Positions 16,204-24,944 of a stretch of DNA of 43,507 nt are shown here, one piece after another (the first letter of the stretch is position 1; every line of letters starts with the position of its first letter). The translations under genes were made by a program, and so were the position numbers. The DNA lies in IMG/VR virus record IMGVR_UViG_3300031453_000004, positions 1 through 43,507 of that record; one strand, given 5' to 3'. The notes below the pieces were generated by a model. The model searched no databases and was not told where the DNA came from. It was given only the letters and a program-made list of their open reading frames with translations. This DNA is from a virus. Taxonomy: Duplodnaviria; Caudoviricetes.

Positions 16204-16352
16204 AACACCCCCACAAAGGCAGTCACGCCAGCCGTCACCGCCCCAAAGGCCTGCACCACCCCCACAAAGGCGCCCACGTCCACCACCACGTCGCCAAGGG
16301 TGGCCACCACCCACACAAGGGCCACGCAGGCCACCACGCCGCACACCACTGA
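16185..16352 (+). CDS. 55-aa histidine-rich peptide
   Basis: GGGGAGG RBS 7 nt upstream; 19 His; HPHKG three times. Confidence 0.6.
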   Translation: MPRLGVKHPHKGSHASRHRPKGLHHPHKGAHVHHHVAKGGHHPHKGHAGHHAAHH

Positions 16353-16521
16353 CCATCGACCACTGTGCGCCCAAGCCCGACACGACCAACGACCAGTGGT
16401 CAAGATCAACGGACAGGGGTGGGGTACCACCACAGCGATCATGCCGAGAAGGACCTCTCCCTAGGTCCCTCCCAGTCCAAACCTCTGAAATGCCGATTCG
16501 AAAAAGTGCCGAGGGGGTCTG

Positions 16522-16941
16522 ATGTCCGTTTTGCGCACTCCTTCGGGTCTCAATGCTGGTGGTAAGGCTCTGTGGCGCAGTGTTTCCGAGGATCACGCCT
16601 TGGATTCGGTGCAGGAGGTGCAGTTGTTGGAGGCGTGTCGGGCGAAGGATCGTCTGGACAAGCTGGATGCGCTGTTGCGCGGTGATGTTGACGTGTGGGC
16701 GTCGTTGACGCATCGGGTGCAGACCGAGGATTACGAGTTGGTCATCGATAAGGCGCTGGACAAGGCGAATACGACGGCGAACATGATGAAGCAGCTCCTC
16801 GCGGCTCTTCGTTTGCCGGATGAGCAGTCGGGTAAGCGTCCGCAGCAACGTGGGGGTGCTCGGGGGTCGTACAAGCCCACTGCTGTCGGTGGAACGGTGT
16901 CGTCGCTGGATCGGGCTCGGGCTGCGGCCCAGGGTGCTTGA
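16522..16941 (+). CDS. Terminase small subunit
   Basis: P.GL..GG..LW...LLEACR..DRLD.L...QLLAALRLPD; position before terL. Confidence 0.8.
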   Translation: MSVLRTPSGLNAGGKALWRSVSEDHALDSVQEVQLLEACRAKDRLDKLDALLRGDVDVWASLTHRVQTEDYELVIDKALDKANTTANMMKQLLAALRLPDEQSGKRPQQRGGARGSYKPTAVGGTVSSLDRARAAAQGA

Positions 16942-16946
16942 AACCT

Positions 16947-16974
16947 CGAAGCCCCCACCTGAGTGGGGGCTTCG
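16947..16974. terminator. Perfect 12-bp stem-loop between convergent genes
   Basis: CGAAGCCCCCAC-ctga-GTGGGGGCTTCG. Confidence 0.7.
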
Positions 16975-17037
16975 GCGACTCCGGGGAGAGGTCGCTACGG
17001 GGGCTTTGCCATCGGCAGCTCCGACCGGCCTTTGCGG

Positions 17038-17280
17038 CTAGGCGATAGCGACATTATCAGATGGCTGCGCTTTACGCCGCCGTTCGATGGCTTGGTCGCC
17101 CCAGCAGAGTTTATTCCCGCATGGTTCGCTCCCGTACAACCGAATGATGTGCTGGTCTGCTACAGCGCGGGCAGTCTTTCGGTCTGGGTACCGGCCGCCG
17201 ACCTCACAGCCTTCGCGGCATCGAACCCGGAAGTACCCTCGACCGGGCTCGACTTCCACTCGGTGTGCGGTTTGCTTCAC
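17038..17280 (-). CDS. Small hypothetical protein (VKQTAHRV..., C-x3-C...H)
   Basis: GTG overlaps the upstream stop (GTGA). Confidence 0.55.
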   Translation of the reverse strand: MKQTAHRVEVEPGRGYFRVRCREGCEVGGRYPDRKTARAVADQHIIRLYGSEPCGNKLCWGDQAIERRRKAQPSDNVAIA

Positions 17281-17492
17281 CGGAACAGTCGGAACTTTCT
17301 GCGCGGAGGTCTTTGTGATGGAGGATGGCCTCTCCAACTTCTTCGGCCGCCCTTATATGCGACTCCAGTCCAACGCTGACCGCAGGTATCGCAGGTCCAT
17401 TTGAGTCTGAGTGAGATGTCATCTGGTCCAGGATCGGGGGTCGTCGGCACTTGGCAGTCGTGGACTTTTTCGATCTCCACCTTGTTGTTCAT
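17277..17492 (-). CDS. Small Zn-ribbon-like protein ending FRLFR
   Basis: HDC...WTCDTCGQRW; ATGA coupled. Confidence 0.6.
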   Translation of the reverse strand: MNNKVEIEKVHDCQVPTTPDPGPDDISLRLKWTCDTCGQRWTGVAYKGGRRSWRGHPPSQRPPRRKFRLFR

Positions 17493-17701
17493 CGGAACAG
17501 CCTGAACGGGCTGCGGGTGACGCTGCGCTGGCTACCCACCATGGCCCAGTGGACGTGTTCGTGGTGCGTCGACAGGTAGTCCGACCAGAGCGGTCCCTCT
17601 ACGTCCGATCCTGGGCAGTACTTCGTTGGCAGGTCATGTTGCACTACATCTCCGCATCGGCAGGTGTACGACTTCCACCCCAGCGCCTGCGCAATGGTCA
17701 C
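17489..17701 (-). CDS. Small Cys/His protein ending FRLFR
   Basis: CRCG...HHEHVH; GTGA coupled. Confidence 0.55.
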   Translation of the reverse strand: MTIAQALGWKSYTCRCGDVVQHDLPTKYCPGSDVEGPLWSDYLSTHHEHVHWAMVGSQRSVTRSPFRLFR

Positions 17702-17838
17702 CGGAACAGGCTGCGCGTCACGGATCGACGGACAAGGCGCTTGGGAAGGGTGCCGCGTTTCGCGGCTTGACCGTCGCCCATGGCGCGTTGCGTCTTGTAG
17801 AGCGTTCGGCGGGTCTGGCTGAACAGGCTCTTACTCAT
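17698..17838 (-). CDS. 46-aa basic protein ending SLFR
   Basis: AAGGA RBS; MSKSLFSQTRRTLYK... Confidence 0.6.
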   Translation of the reverse strand: MSKSLFSQTRRTLYKTQRAMGDGQAAKRGTLPKRLVRRSVTRSLFR

Positions 17839-18106
17839 GGTTTCCATCCTTCTTTCTCCCAAAAATCTCGCTGAGTATGGACTCTTCGTGCGCGAGCCGT
17901 TCTCGGTTTTTCGCGGCATCTGCGGTGAAGTGGTAGCGGTGCTGTACAGACTTGACGTGCTCGGGCCAGTAGTTGCGTGCTTCAGCTTCGGTCTTGAAAG
18001 ATCGCTTGAACTTCCCGCCTACGCCGCCCGTGCGTCTGCCGCAGAGTCTGCAACGGAGCATCCAGTGGTTCTCATCGACTCGGAGTATCCAACGGTTGCC
18101 TTTCAT
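17831..18106 (-). CDS. C2H2-like Zn-finger small protein
   Basis: AAGGA RBS; CRLCG...EH....QH. Confidence 0.6.
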   Translation of the reverse strand: MKGNRWILRVDENHWMLRCRLCGRRTGGVGGKFKRSFKTEAEARNYWPEHVKSVQHRYHFTADAAKNRERLAHEESILSEIFGRKKDGNHE

Positions 18107-18149
18107 GGCTTCCATCCTTTGGGCATCGTGTCGGTGGCGTAGCGGAACA

Positions 18150-18476
18150 TCAGAACCTCACTGGCGCGGATAGCAGTTCGGGGGCGCTAGAGTGCGGCAG
18201 GCTGTTAGCCCACTGGTCTAAGAAGTCATCGCGGTAGTACCAGTCGCCGTGGGCGCGGCGTTCAGAGAGCGCCTGATGGATGGCCCTCTCTACCCATAGG
18301 TTTCCGTCGAGCCACCCGACCAGGATGGCCCTCTCCCCAACGGCCAGGTTATGTGGGTGTTGGCACCCGCGGGTCTTCGAGTTCAAGCTCCTGATCCGCT
18401 GGGCGAGGTTGGTTGTGTACCCGATCTTGAGGTACCGGCCGCATCGAGCGGCGTACACAACGTTGCGTTGCATCAT
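18150..18476 (-). CDS. GIY-YIG (T5orf172-like) nuclease domain protein
   Basis: VVYAA...LKIGYTTNLAQRIRSL...ERAIH...GDWY. Confidence 0.8.
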   Translation of the reverse strand: MMQRNVVYAARCGRYLKIGYTTNLAQRIRSLNSKTRGCQHPHNLAVGERAILVGWLDGNLWVERAIHQALSERRAHGDWYYRDDFLDQWANSLPHSSAPELLSAPVRF

Positions 18477-18628
18477 GCCTTGGCCTGTGGCTGGGCTAGT
18501 GCCCAGGTGAGCATGCGGCGAACGAGTTCGGAGCGTGTGACGTCCTGCTCCGCGGCGCGTGCATCGAGCTGGGCGCGGAGGTGCTCGGGGATGCGTACGA
18601 CCATCTCCCTGCCGATCTTGGTTTCCAT
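18473..18628 (-). CDS. Ribbon-helix-helix DNA-binding protein (51 aa; not in the ORF track)
   Basis: MVVRIPEHLRAQLDARAAEQDVTRSELVRRML; ATGA-coupled to the GIY-YIG gene. Confidence 0.85.
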   Translation of the reverse strand: METKIGREMVVRIPEHLRAQLDARAAEQDVTRSELVRRMLTWALAQPQAKA

Positions 18629-18665
18629 ACCACGGGATACTACCCCGTGACACGTGGTAGTGCAA
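18628..18665 (-). promoter_or_regulatory. SigA-like leftward promoter with overlapping palindromes
   Basis: TTGCAC-N17-TAGTAT-N8-ATG; CACGGG/CCCGTG flank the -10. Confidence 0.7.
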
Positions 18666-18683
18666 CGTCAAACGGGGGTTGTC

Positions 18684-20282
18684 ATGCCGTGGGCTGGCCC
18701 CGAATTCGACACTCACGTCTGTTCCCTCGGCTACGAGGTGGCTGACTGGATTGGCGAGAACTGCTGCTACGGCCCCGGCGACCTCCAGGGCGAACCTGTC
18801 AAGGGTGATCTAAAAATGGATGCCGAGTTCGAGGCGTTCATCGTGGCTGCTTACCGCATTGATCCGGCAACCGGGCGCAAGGTGTACGACGAAGGCGTGC
18901 TGTCCCGCCCGAAGGGCCGGGCCAAGACGGAGTTGGCTGGGTGGTTGGTTGTCGCTGAGGCGTTCGGCCCGGCCCGGTTCTCCCACTGGGATGATGCTGG
19001 GCAACCGGTGGGTAAGCCGGTCACGTCCCCGCTGATCAAGTGTTTGGCTACGGAGGAGTCGCAAGCCACGGCTTCCTTCTCGGTGGTGGCTTACATCGCC
19101 GGCGATTGGGGCAAGGAAGCCCACCCCGACATCTACGCCGGGGTGTCAGGTATCCGCCAGTACCAGTCGGCCACCGCGCTGTATCTGCCGCACGGTGGGG
19201 AGATCCGGGCCTGCACTTCGGGGGCCGCGTCGAAGGATGGCGGTAAGGAAACGTTCGTCGTCGCCGACGAGTCTCACCTGTACGTGCTGCCTGAGTTGAA
19301 GCGGATGTACGGCACGATCCGCCGCAACCTTGGCAAGCGGAAACTGGCTGAGCCGTGGCTGCTGCAGACCACCACCGCGTACCGGCCGGGGGAGCAGTCC
19401 ATCGCCGAGGAAACGTTGACCGCCTGGCGCAAGGGTGAGTTGTCGTCAGGTGTGCACGTGGATCACTGTGAGGCCAAGGGCCGCATAGACATCGGTAACC
19501 GTGAGCACACGATGATCCAACTGCGGCAGGTGTACGGGTCGGCGGCGCAGTGGATGGACCTCGACCGCATCTACCGGGAGATGATCGACCCCCGTTCCTG
19601 CCCGGACGAGGCCACCGCGGCCCGCTACTTCCTGAATCGTCCGATGGCCACGAAGGACGCCTGGATCGCCAAAGACGTCCACGACGCGCAGACCCGTAGG
19701 GGTGATGTCGTGGCCATGGGCGAGGCGATCTCCCTCGGTTTTGACGGTTCCCTGAACGACGACACCACCGTCCTTCGCGGGTGTCGCATGTCGGATGGGT
19801 TCCTGTTCAAGATCGGTGTGTGGGCCAAACCGGACGGCCCCGGCGGCATCGGGTGGGAAGTCCCCCGCTCCGAGGTGCTCGCCGAGATCCGTGAAGCCTA
19901 CGGGCGTTACGACGTGATCCGCGGCTACTTCGACCCCCACGAGTGGCGTTCCGACATCGACACCTTGGCCGAGGAGTTCCCTGATCGGGTGTTCCCGTGG
20001 TCCACCGCCCGCGACACAGCCATGGCCGCCGCTCTGGACCGTCTGCACTCGGACTTGATGACCGGTGTGGTGTGGCACGACGACGACCTGATCGCCGCCG
20101 AGCACTACGGCAACGCCTACGTGCGCCGCAAAGCCGGCCATCGCCTGGTCCGCAAGGAATACCCCAACAGCCCCCGCAAGATCGACTCCGTTGTCGGTGA
20201 CGCATTGGCCTACGAGGCCCGTGCTGATGCCCTGACCGCCGGGTGGGGCAAACAGAAGTCCCGGCGTGTTGTCGGATTCTAG
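18684..20282 (+). CDS. Terminase large subunit
   Basis: RPKGRAKT Walker A, VVADESH Walker B, GFDGS and KIDSVV nuclease motifs. Confidence 0.95.
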   Translation: MPWAGPEFDTHVCSLGYEVADWIGENCCYGPGDLQGEPVKGDLKMDAEFEAFIVAAYRIDPATGRKVYDEGVLSRPKGRAKTELAGWLVVAEAFGPARFSHWDDAGQPVGKPVTSPLIKCLATEESQATASFSVVAYIAGDWGKEAHPDIYAGVSGIRQYQSATALYLPHGGEIRACTSGAASKDGGKETFVVADESHLYVLPELKRMYGTIRRNLGKRKLAEPWLLQTTTAYRPGEQSIAEETLTAWRKGELSSGVHVDHCEAKGRIDIGNREHTMIQLRQVYGSAAQWMDLDRIYREMIDPRSCPDEATAARYFLNRPMATKDAWIAKDVHDAQTRRGDVVAMGEAISLGFDGSLNDDTTVLRGCRMSDGFLFKIGVWAKPDGPGGIGWEVPRSEVLAEIREAYGRYDVIRGYFDPHEWRSDIDTLAEEFPDRVFPWSTARDTAMAAALDRLHSDLMTGVVWHDDDLIAAEHYGNAYVRRKAGHRLVRKEYPNSPRKIDSVVGDALAYEARADALTAGWGKQKSRRVVGF

Positions 20283-20294
20283 GAAGGAGCGGGC

Positions 20295-21767
20295 GTGAAC
20301 CACGATCAAGCGCTCGCCCTCACCAAGTCTCTCGCCGCCGAGTTGAACGAGGATCGCCTGAAGCTGCGGACCCTGAACAACTACTACTCGGGCAAGCAGC
20401 CCCTGACGTTCGCCACCCAGAAGTTCCTGGAGGCGTTCGGTGGTTTGTTCAAAGCCGCTGCGGTCAACTGGTGTCCCCTCGTCGTGGCAGCGGTGTTGGA
20501 GCGGCTGCGGTTGACGGGTTTTCGCAACGGGGATGAGACCGGCGACAAGCGGGCCTGGGAAATCTGGCAGTTCAACAACCTGGACGCCGACTCCGACATC
20601 GGGCACCTCGAAGCACTCAAATCCGGTCGCGCCTACGTGATGGTCGGTCCCGGCGATGAGGGTGAACCGCCGCTGATCACCATCGAGTCGGCGATGAACG
20701 TGATCCACCGCAACTCCACCGCGAACCGTCGCAAGCGGGCAGCGGCTTTGCGGGTGTTCACCGATGACGACGGCACCAAGTGCGCCACCTTGTACACCCC
20801 CCTGGAGGTGTTCCGCTGGCGTCGTGGAGCATCCGGTAGCAGCAACGTCGATGACCTCACCACAGCCCAGTGGGAGCCCCGCACGGTGCCCGGACGGCAG
20901 TGGCCTGAGGTCAACAACCTAGGCGTGGTCCCGATCGTTCCGCTGCTCACTCAACCCGAGCTCGACGGGTGGGGCAACAGTGAGTTGGCGGCGGTGCTGC
21001 CGTTGCAGGACATGGTGAACAAGACCGTCGCCGACATGCTGGTGGCGTCGGAGTTCGTGGCCATGCCGCAGCGCACCGCTGTGGGTTTGGACATCATGCG
21101 CGACCCGGTGACCAACCAGCCGATCGAGCCGTTCTCCCCGACGTCCCGCTTGTGGCAGGCCGAGTCGGAGACCACCCACTTCGGTGAGTTCGCCGGCGCG
21201 AACCTCGGCAACTACGTCGAAGTGCTCACGTCGTTGAAGCAGGACATCGCCACCATCACCCGCACCCCCCCGCACTACTTCTACCTGTCCGGCCAGTTTC
21301 CCTCCGGTGAGGCCATCCAGTCCGCCGAGGCCGGTTTGGTGGCGAAGGCGCGGGAGCGGATGTTGACGTTCGGCGAGGCATGGGAAGAGGTCATGCGCTT
21401 GGCCTTCGTCGTGGACGGCAACCCAGACGCGGCGAGGCCGGACATGGAAACCATCTGGGCCGACCCGGAGTACCGCTCGGAGGCTGTCCATACCGACGCG
21501 GTGATGAAGAAGCAGGCCTTGGGTGTGCCGTGGTTGCAGCTCATGGAGGACCTGGGGTACTCCCCGCCGGTTATCGAGCGGATGAACCAGCAACGCAAGG
21601 ACGACTTGGCGATGTCCGCGAAAGCGCAGGCCGCCGCATTGGCCGCTTTACCGCCTGGTGCGGTGCTTCCCGCGACGACCCACGTTCCCGGGGACACGAC
21701 GGTGGCCCCCCACAGTCAGCTACAGCGCCTGGATGAGCGTTTCTCCGGCCCCACACCCCCTTCCTGA
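20295..21767 (+). CDS. Portal protein (SPP1 gp6-like)
   Basis: NYYSGKQ, NWCPLVV, VPIVPL, SGEAI; follows terL. Confidence 0.92.
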   Translation: MNHDQALALTKSLAAELNEDRLKLRTLNNYYSGKQPLTFATQKFLEAFGGLFKAAAVNWCPLVVAAVLERLRLTGFRNGDETGDKRAWEIWQFNNLDADSDIGHLEALKSGRAYVMVGPGDEGEPPLITIESAMNVIHRNSTANRRKRAAALRVFTDDDGTKCATLYTPLEVFRWRRGASGSSNVDDLTTAQWEPRTVPGRQWPEVNNLGVVPIVPLLTQPELDGWGNSELAAVLPLQDMVNKTVADMLVASEFVAMPQRTAVGLDIMRDPVTNQPIEPFSPTSRLWQAESETTHFGEFAGANLGNYVEVLTSLKQDIATITRTPPHYFYLSGQFPSGEAIQSAEAGLVAKARERMLTFGEAWEEVMRLAFVVDGNPDAARPDMETIWADPEYRSEAVHTDAVMKKQALGVPWLQLMEDLGYSPPVIERMNQQRKDDLAMSAKAQAAALAALPPGAVLPATTHVPGDTTVAPHSQLQRLDERFSGPTPPS

Positions 21768-21845
21768 CCGAAAACCGACAGATAACCCCCTTGTGTGGCG
21801 TGATGCCGCGCAGTGATGCCCGTGATGGGCGAAAAGGAGGCCGTG

Positions 21846-22370
21846 ATGGCCGACGACCAGCCGAACCCGTTCGCATCGAAGCAAAACGCCCCGAATCACC
21901 CTGCGGACGATCCGAAAACGCCTGACCCGACGCCCAAAGAGCCGGAATCCGACGATCCGCCGAACGCTGACCCCGCAGTCAAGTCGGTACTGGCCAAAGA
22001 GCGGAAAGCGGCGCGTGATGCGACCGCCCGCGCTACCGCGGCCGAGGCGAAACTGCAGGAAATCGCCGACAAGGACAAGGGCGAACTGCAGCGGGCCACC
22101 GAACGCGCCGAGAAGGCTGAGCGGGAAGCCGGGCAGGCCACCACCCGCGCACTGCGGTTGGAAGTGGCCGCCGACAAGGGCCTCTCAGCCGCCTTGGCAG
22201 CACGTTTGCAGGGTTCTACCCGCGAGGAGTTGGAATCCGACGCCACGGAACTGCTGAAGCTCACTGGGGCGGGTACCCCCGCACGCCGCGACCCCGATCA
22301 GGGCCGCGGCGACACCGACCCCGCCAAAGACGGCGGCATGTCCGCCTGGATGCGTCGGTCGGTCCACTAA
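21846..22370 (+). CDS. Capsid scaffolding protein
   Basis: AAGGAGG RBS; coiled coil; RLQGSTREELESDA. Confidence 0.85.
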   Translation: MADDQPNPFASKQNAPNHPADDPKTPDPTPKEPESDDPPNADPAVKSVLAKERKAARDATARATAAEAKLQEIADKDKGELQRATERAEKAEREAGQATTRALRLEVAADKGLSAALAARLQGSTREELESDATELLKLTGAGTPARRDPDQGRGDTDPAKDGGMSAWMRRSVH

Positions 22371-22422
22371 CCCCCTGTCCCGGCGACTGCCGGGCGGATC
22401 ACCCGAAAGGAAATGACTCGCC

Positions 22423-23388
22423 ATGGCAGTCAACATCACCACCAGGTCAGATGCCGCAGCGGATGTCCCAGCCGCCCAGGCCAAGCTGATGATCGACGGC
22501 GCAGAGCGACACAGTGCCGCTCTGAGCCTGTTCAAGAAACTTCCGATGAGTCGGCGGCAGGAGCGTATCCGCATTCTGAGTGCGCTTCCCACTGCGTACT
22601 TCGTCAACGGCGACACCGGCACCAAGCAGACCTCGAAGAACGCTTGGACGGACAAGCTGGTGACCGCAGAGGAGATCGCGGTCATCCTCCCGGTGCCGCA
22701 GAACGTCATCGATGACGCCGACTACGACATCTGGACGTACCTGCGTTCTGATGCGGAAGAGGCCATCGGCAAGGCGCTGGATGATGCCATCTTCTTCGGT
22801 ATCAACAAGCCGACCACTTGGCCGACTGCGCTGATCCCTGCAGCCCTCGCGGCCACCCCGTCGCACGCTGTCACCCGCGGCACCGCCACCCAGGCGAACG
22901 GTGGTATCGCACAGGACTTCAACGCATTGCTGGCGCTCATCGAGAACGACGGTTTCGACGTCAACGGTGTGATGGCGTCTCGTGGGATTCGGCAGTACTT
23001 CCGCGGTGCGCGCAGCACGCAGGGTGTGCAGCTCGCCGAGTTCGGTGCCAACGGCGACACCCTCATGGGGATGCAGATCGAGTACGGGGCACGTGGTTCT
23101 TGGCCGATGGGTGGGGTCGCCGGCACCTTGAACGCCTTGGCACTGATCGGTGACTTCACGCAGGGAATCCTCGGTGTCCGCGCCGACATTCAGGCGAAAA
23201 TGCTCACCGAGGCTGTCATCCAGGATCCTTCTACCAACGCGATCGTCTACAACCTCGCGCAGCAGGACATGGTTGCGCTCCGACTGGTGTGCCGTTTCGG
23301 TTTCCAGGTCAGTAACTACGTCACCTGGGAGCAGGGCACCGAAGCCAACCGCTTCCCCTTCGGCGTTTTCAACAACACCGCAGTCTGA
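22423..23388 (+). CDS. Major capsid protein (HK97 fold)
   Basis: AEEIAVILPVP..VIDDA, LDDAIFFG, GDF, QQDMVALR. Confidence 0.92.
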   Translation: MAVNITTRSDAAADVPAAQAKLMIDGAERHSAALSLFKKLPMSRRQERIRILSALPTAYFVNGDTGTKQTSKNAWTDKLVTAEEIAVILPVPQNVIDDADYDIWTYLRSDAEEAIGKALDDAIFFGINKPTTWPTALIPAALAATPSHAVTRGTATQANGGIAQDFNALLALIENDGFDVNGVMASRGIRQYFRGARSTQGVQLAEFGANGDTLMGMQIEYGARGSWPMGGVAGTLNALALIGDFTQGILGVRADIQAKMLTEAVIQDPSTNAIVYNLAQQDMVALRLVCRFGFQVSNYVTWEQGTEANRFPFGVFNNTAV

Positions 23389-23404
23389 TAAGGAGATTCA
23401 ACTC

Positions 23405-23629
23405 ATGGCTGACGAATCAACCACACCCACGGCCACCGCAACTGCCACGGCCACCTCCCCGGAGCCCAAGCGGGACCAGCCGCCCCAGGCCGCATCGCCC
23501 AAGGACGGCGGTACGCCCTCCGATGAGCATTTGGAGAAGGGGTACCACGGCGATTCTGCGGCGGACCTCGGCTACGAATCCCGCCCTCAGGATGTCGCCG
23601 AGTTCGGGAAGTTCACCGACTACCGCTGA
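23405..23629 (+). CDS. Small acidic protein after MCP
   Basis: AAGGAG RBS. Confidence 0.6.
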   Translation: MADESTTPTATATATATSPEPKRDQPPQAASPKDGGTPSDEHLEKGYHGDSAADLGYESRPQDVAEFGKFTDYR

Positions 23630-23662
23630 TTTGCCCGGCCGATACGAGAGGACCAGTAACTG

Positions 23663-24238
23663 ATGCTTTCTCCTCTCGTATCGGCCGACGACCTCGCCAC
23701 CTACGCCGATGTTGACCCCCTTTCCGCCAAGACAGGTCAGGCGGTGCGGTTCGCGTCGTCCATGGTGCGCATCGCCGCGGGGCAAACCCTCAGCTACGTC
23801 GCCAACGACGCAGTGACGTTGACCGGTGGTCATCCGAAACTGCTTCTGCCGGAGTACCCGGTGGTAGGCGTGTCGGCGGTCGCCGGTAAGTACTATGCCA
23901 CTACCGCAGACCCGTTCTACTACGAGATTTACGACGCCGCAGCTCTGTACGGCCCCATTCCCGCCGGCGTGTGGGTGCAGGACGCACAAGGGCGCCTGTT
24001 ACTCCCTAAGGGCGCTTGTTGGCCTCCTGTGGTGACGGTGACCTACTCGCATGGGTACACAGTGATTCCCGATGACCTGCAGATGGTGGTCGTGGGGTTG
24101 GCCGCACGGATGCTCGATAATCCGCTGGCCGACCAGGGTAAGACCACGGGTGGCGTGAGCAACAGCATCGCCCCCACGGACATGACGATCCTCGAAGACA
24201 TGGTCATTGCCCGCTACCGCCGGATGACGAACTCGTGA
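23663..24238 (+). CDS. Head-to-tail adaptor
   Basis: VTVTYSHGY..IPDDL...AARM..NP. Confidence 0.8.
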   Translation: MLSPLVSADDLATYADVDPLSAKTGQAVRFASSMVRIAAGQTLSYVANDAVTLTGGHPKLLLPEYPVVGVSAVAGKYYATTADPFYYEIYDAAALYGPIPAGVWVQDAQGRLLLPKGACWPPVVTVTYSHGYTVIPDDLQMVVVGLAARMLDNPLADQGKTTGGVSNSIAPTDMTILEDMVIARYRRMTNS

Positions 24239-24576
24239 GAACGCCGGGCCGGGAAACGGTGCAGGGAATCAACCTCACCAACGGTCCCCGTAACTCCAAA
24301 GGAATCCCCACCGAGGTCGAGTCGGCGTGGTTCCCGATCTCCGGTTGCTCGTTTCAGCCGCTTACCTCGGCTGAGCAGACCGGCAACATGGACCTGACAA
24401 TCACCCTGTGGCGGTTGTACGCCCCCGCTACTGGTCCAGCCTCCACGCTGACCGCCACCAGTCGAGTTTTCGCCTACGGCACCAAGTATCAGGTGTTTGG
24501 TGACCCGCAGGTGTGGACAGATGCCCGCGGCCACCCCGATCACTTCGTCTGCGAGCTCCGCAAGGCTTCCGGCTGA
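24235..24576 (+). CDS. Head-to-tail stopper
   Basis: GCSFQP...YQVFGDP..W...H; synteny. Confidence 0.8.
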   Translation: MRTPGRETVQGINLTNGPRNSKGIPTEVESAWFPISGCSFQPLTSAEQTGNMDLTITLWRLYAPATGPASTLTATSRVFAYGTKYQVFGDPQVWTDARGHPDHFVCELRKASG

Positions 24577-24611
24577 CCATTCCGCTCTACCAACTGCATT
24601 GGGGGTTGCTG

Positions 24612-24944
24612 ATGGCTGCCCAATTCCTCCCCGATCCGCTCGGCCTAGAGGTTTGGCTGCAAACCGACCCCGAGTTGCACGCCCACCTTCTGCATGAGGC
24701 TGAGCAGGTCGCTGAGCGTGCCAGGGCCATTGCCCCGGTGGGCGACAAGGAGCACACCCTCAAAGGCGGTTACGTGGACAAGCCCGGTGACTACCGGGAT
24801 TCCATCGAAGCGTCGGTGGTGCAGGGCGGAAAACGTATGAAGGGCCGTGTCACCGCCCACGACTACAAAGCCCACTGGATCGAATACGGCACCAAACACC
24901 AGCCCGCTCAGCACGTCCTGCACCGGGCCATCGGCGGGGAGTGA
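24612..24944 (+). CDS. HK97 gp10-like neck protein
   Basis: ARAIAPV...GDYRDSI...AHWIEYGT. Confidence 0.8.
   Translation: MAAQFLPDPLGLEVWLQTDPELHAHLLHEAEQVAERARAIAPVGDKEHTLKGGYVDKPGDYRDSIEASVVQGGKRMKGRVTAHDYKAHWIEYGTKHQPAQHVLHRAIGGE

Noticed and set aside
16963-17379. 138-aa plus-strand ORF after terS
   Set aside because: Starts inside the terminator hairpin without an SD; the minus-strand coupled ORFs explain the region better.
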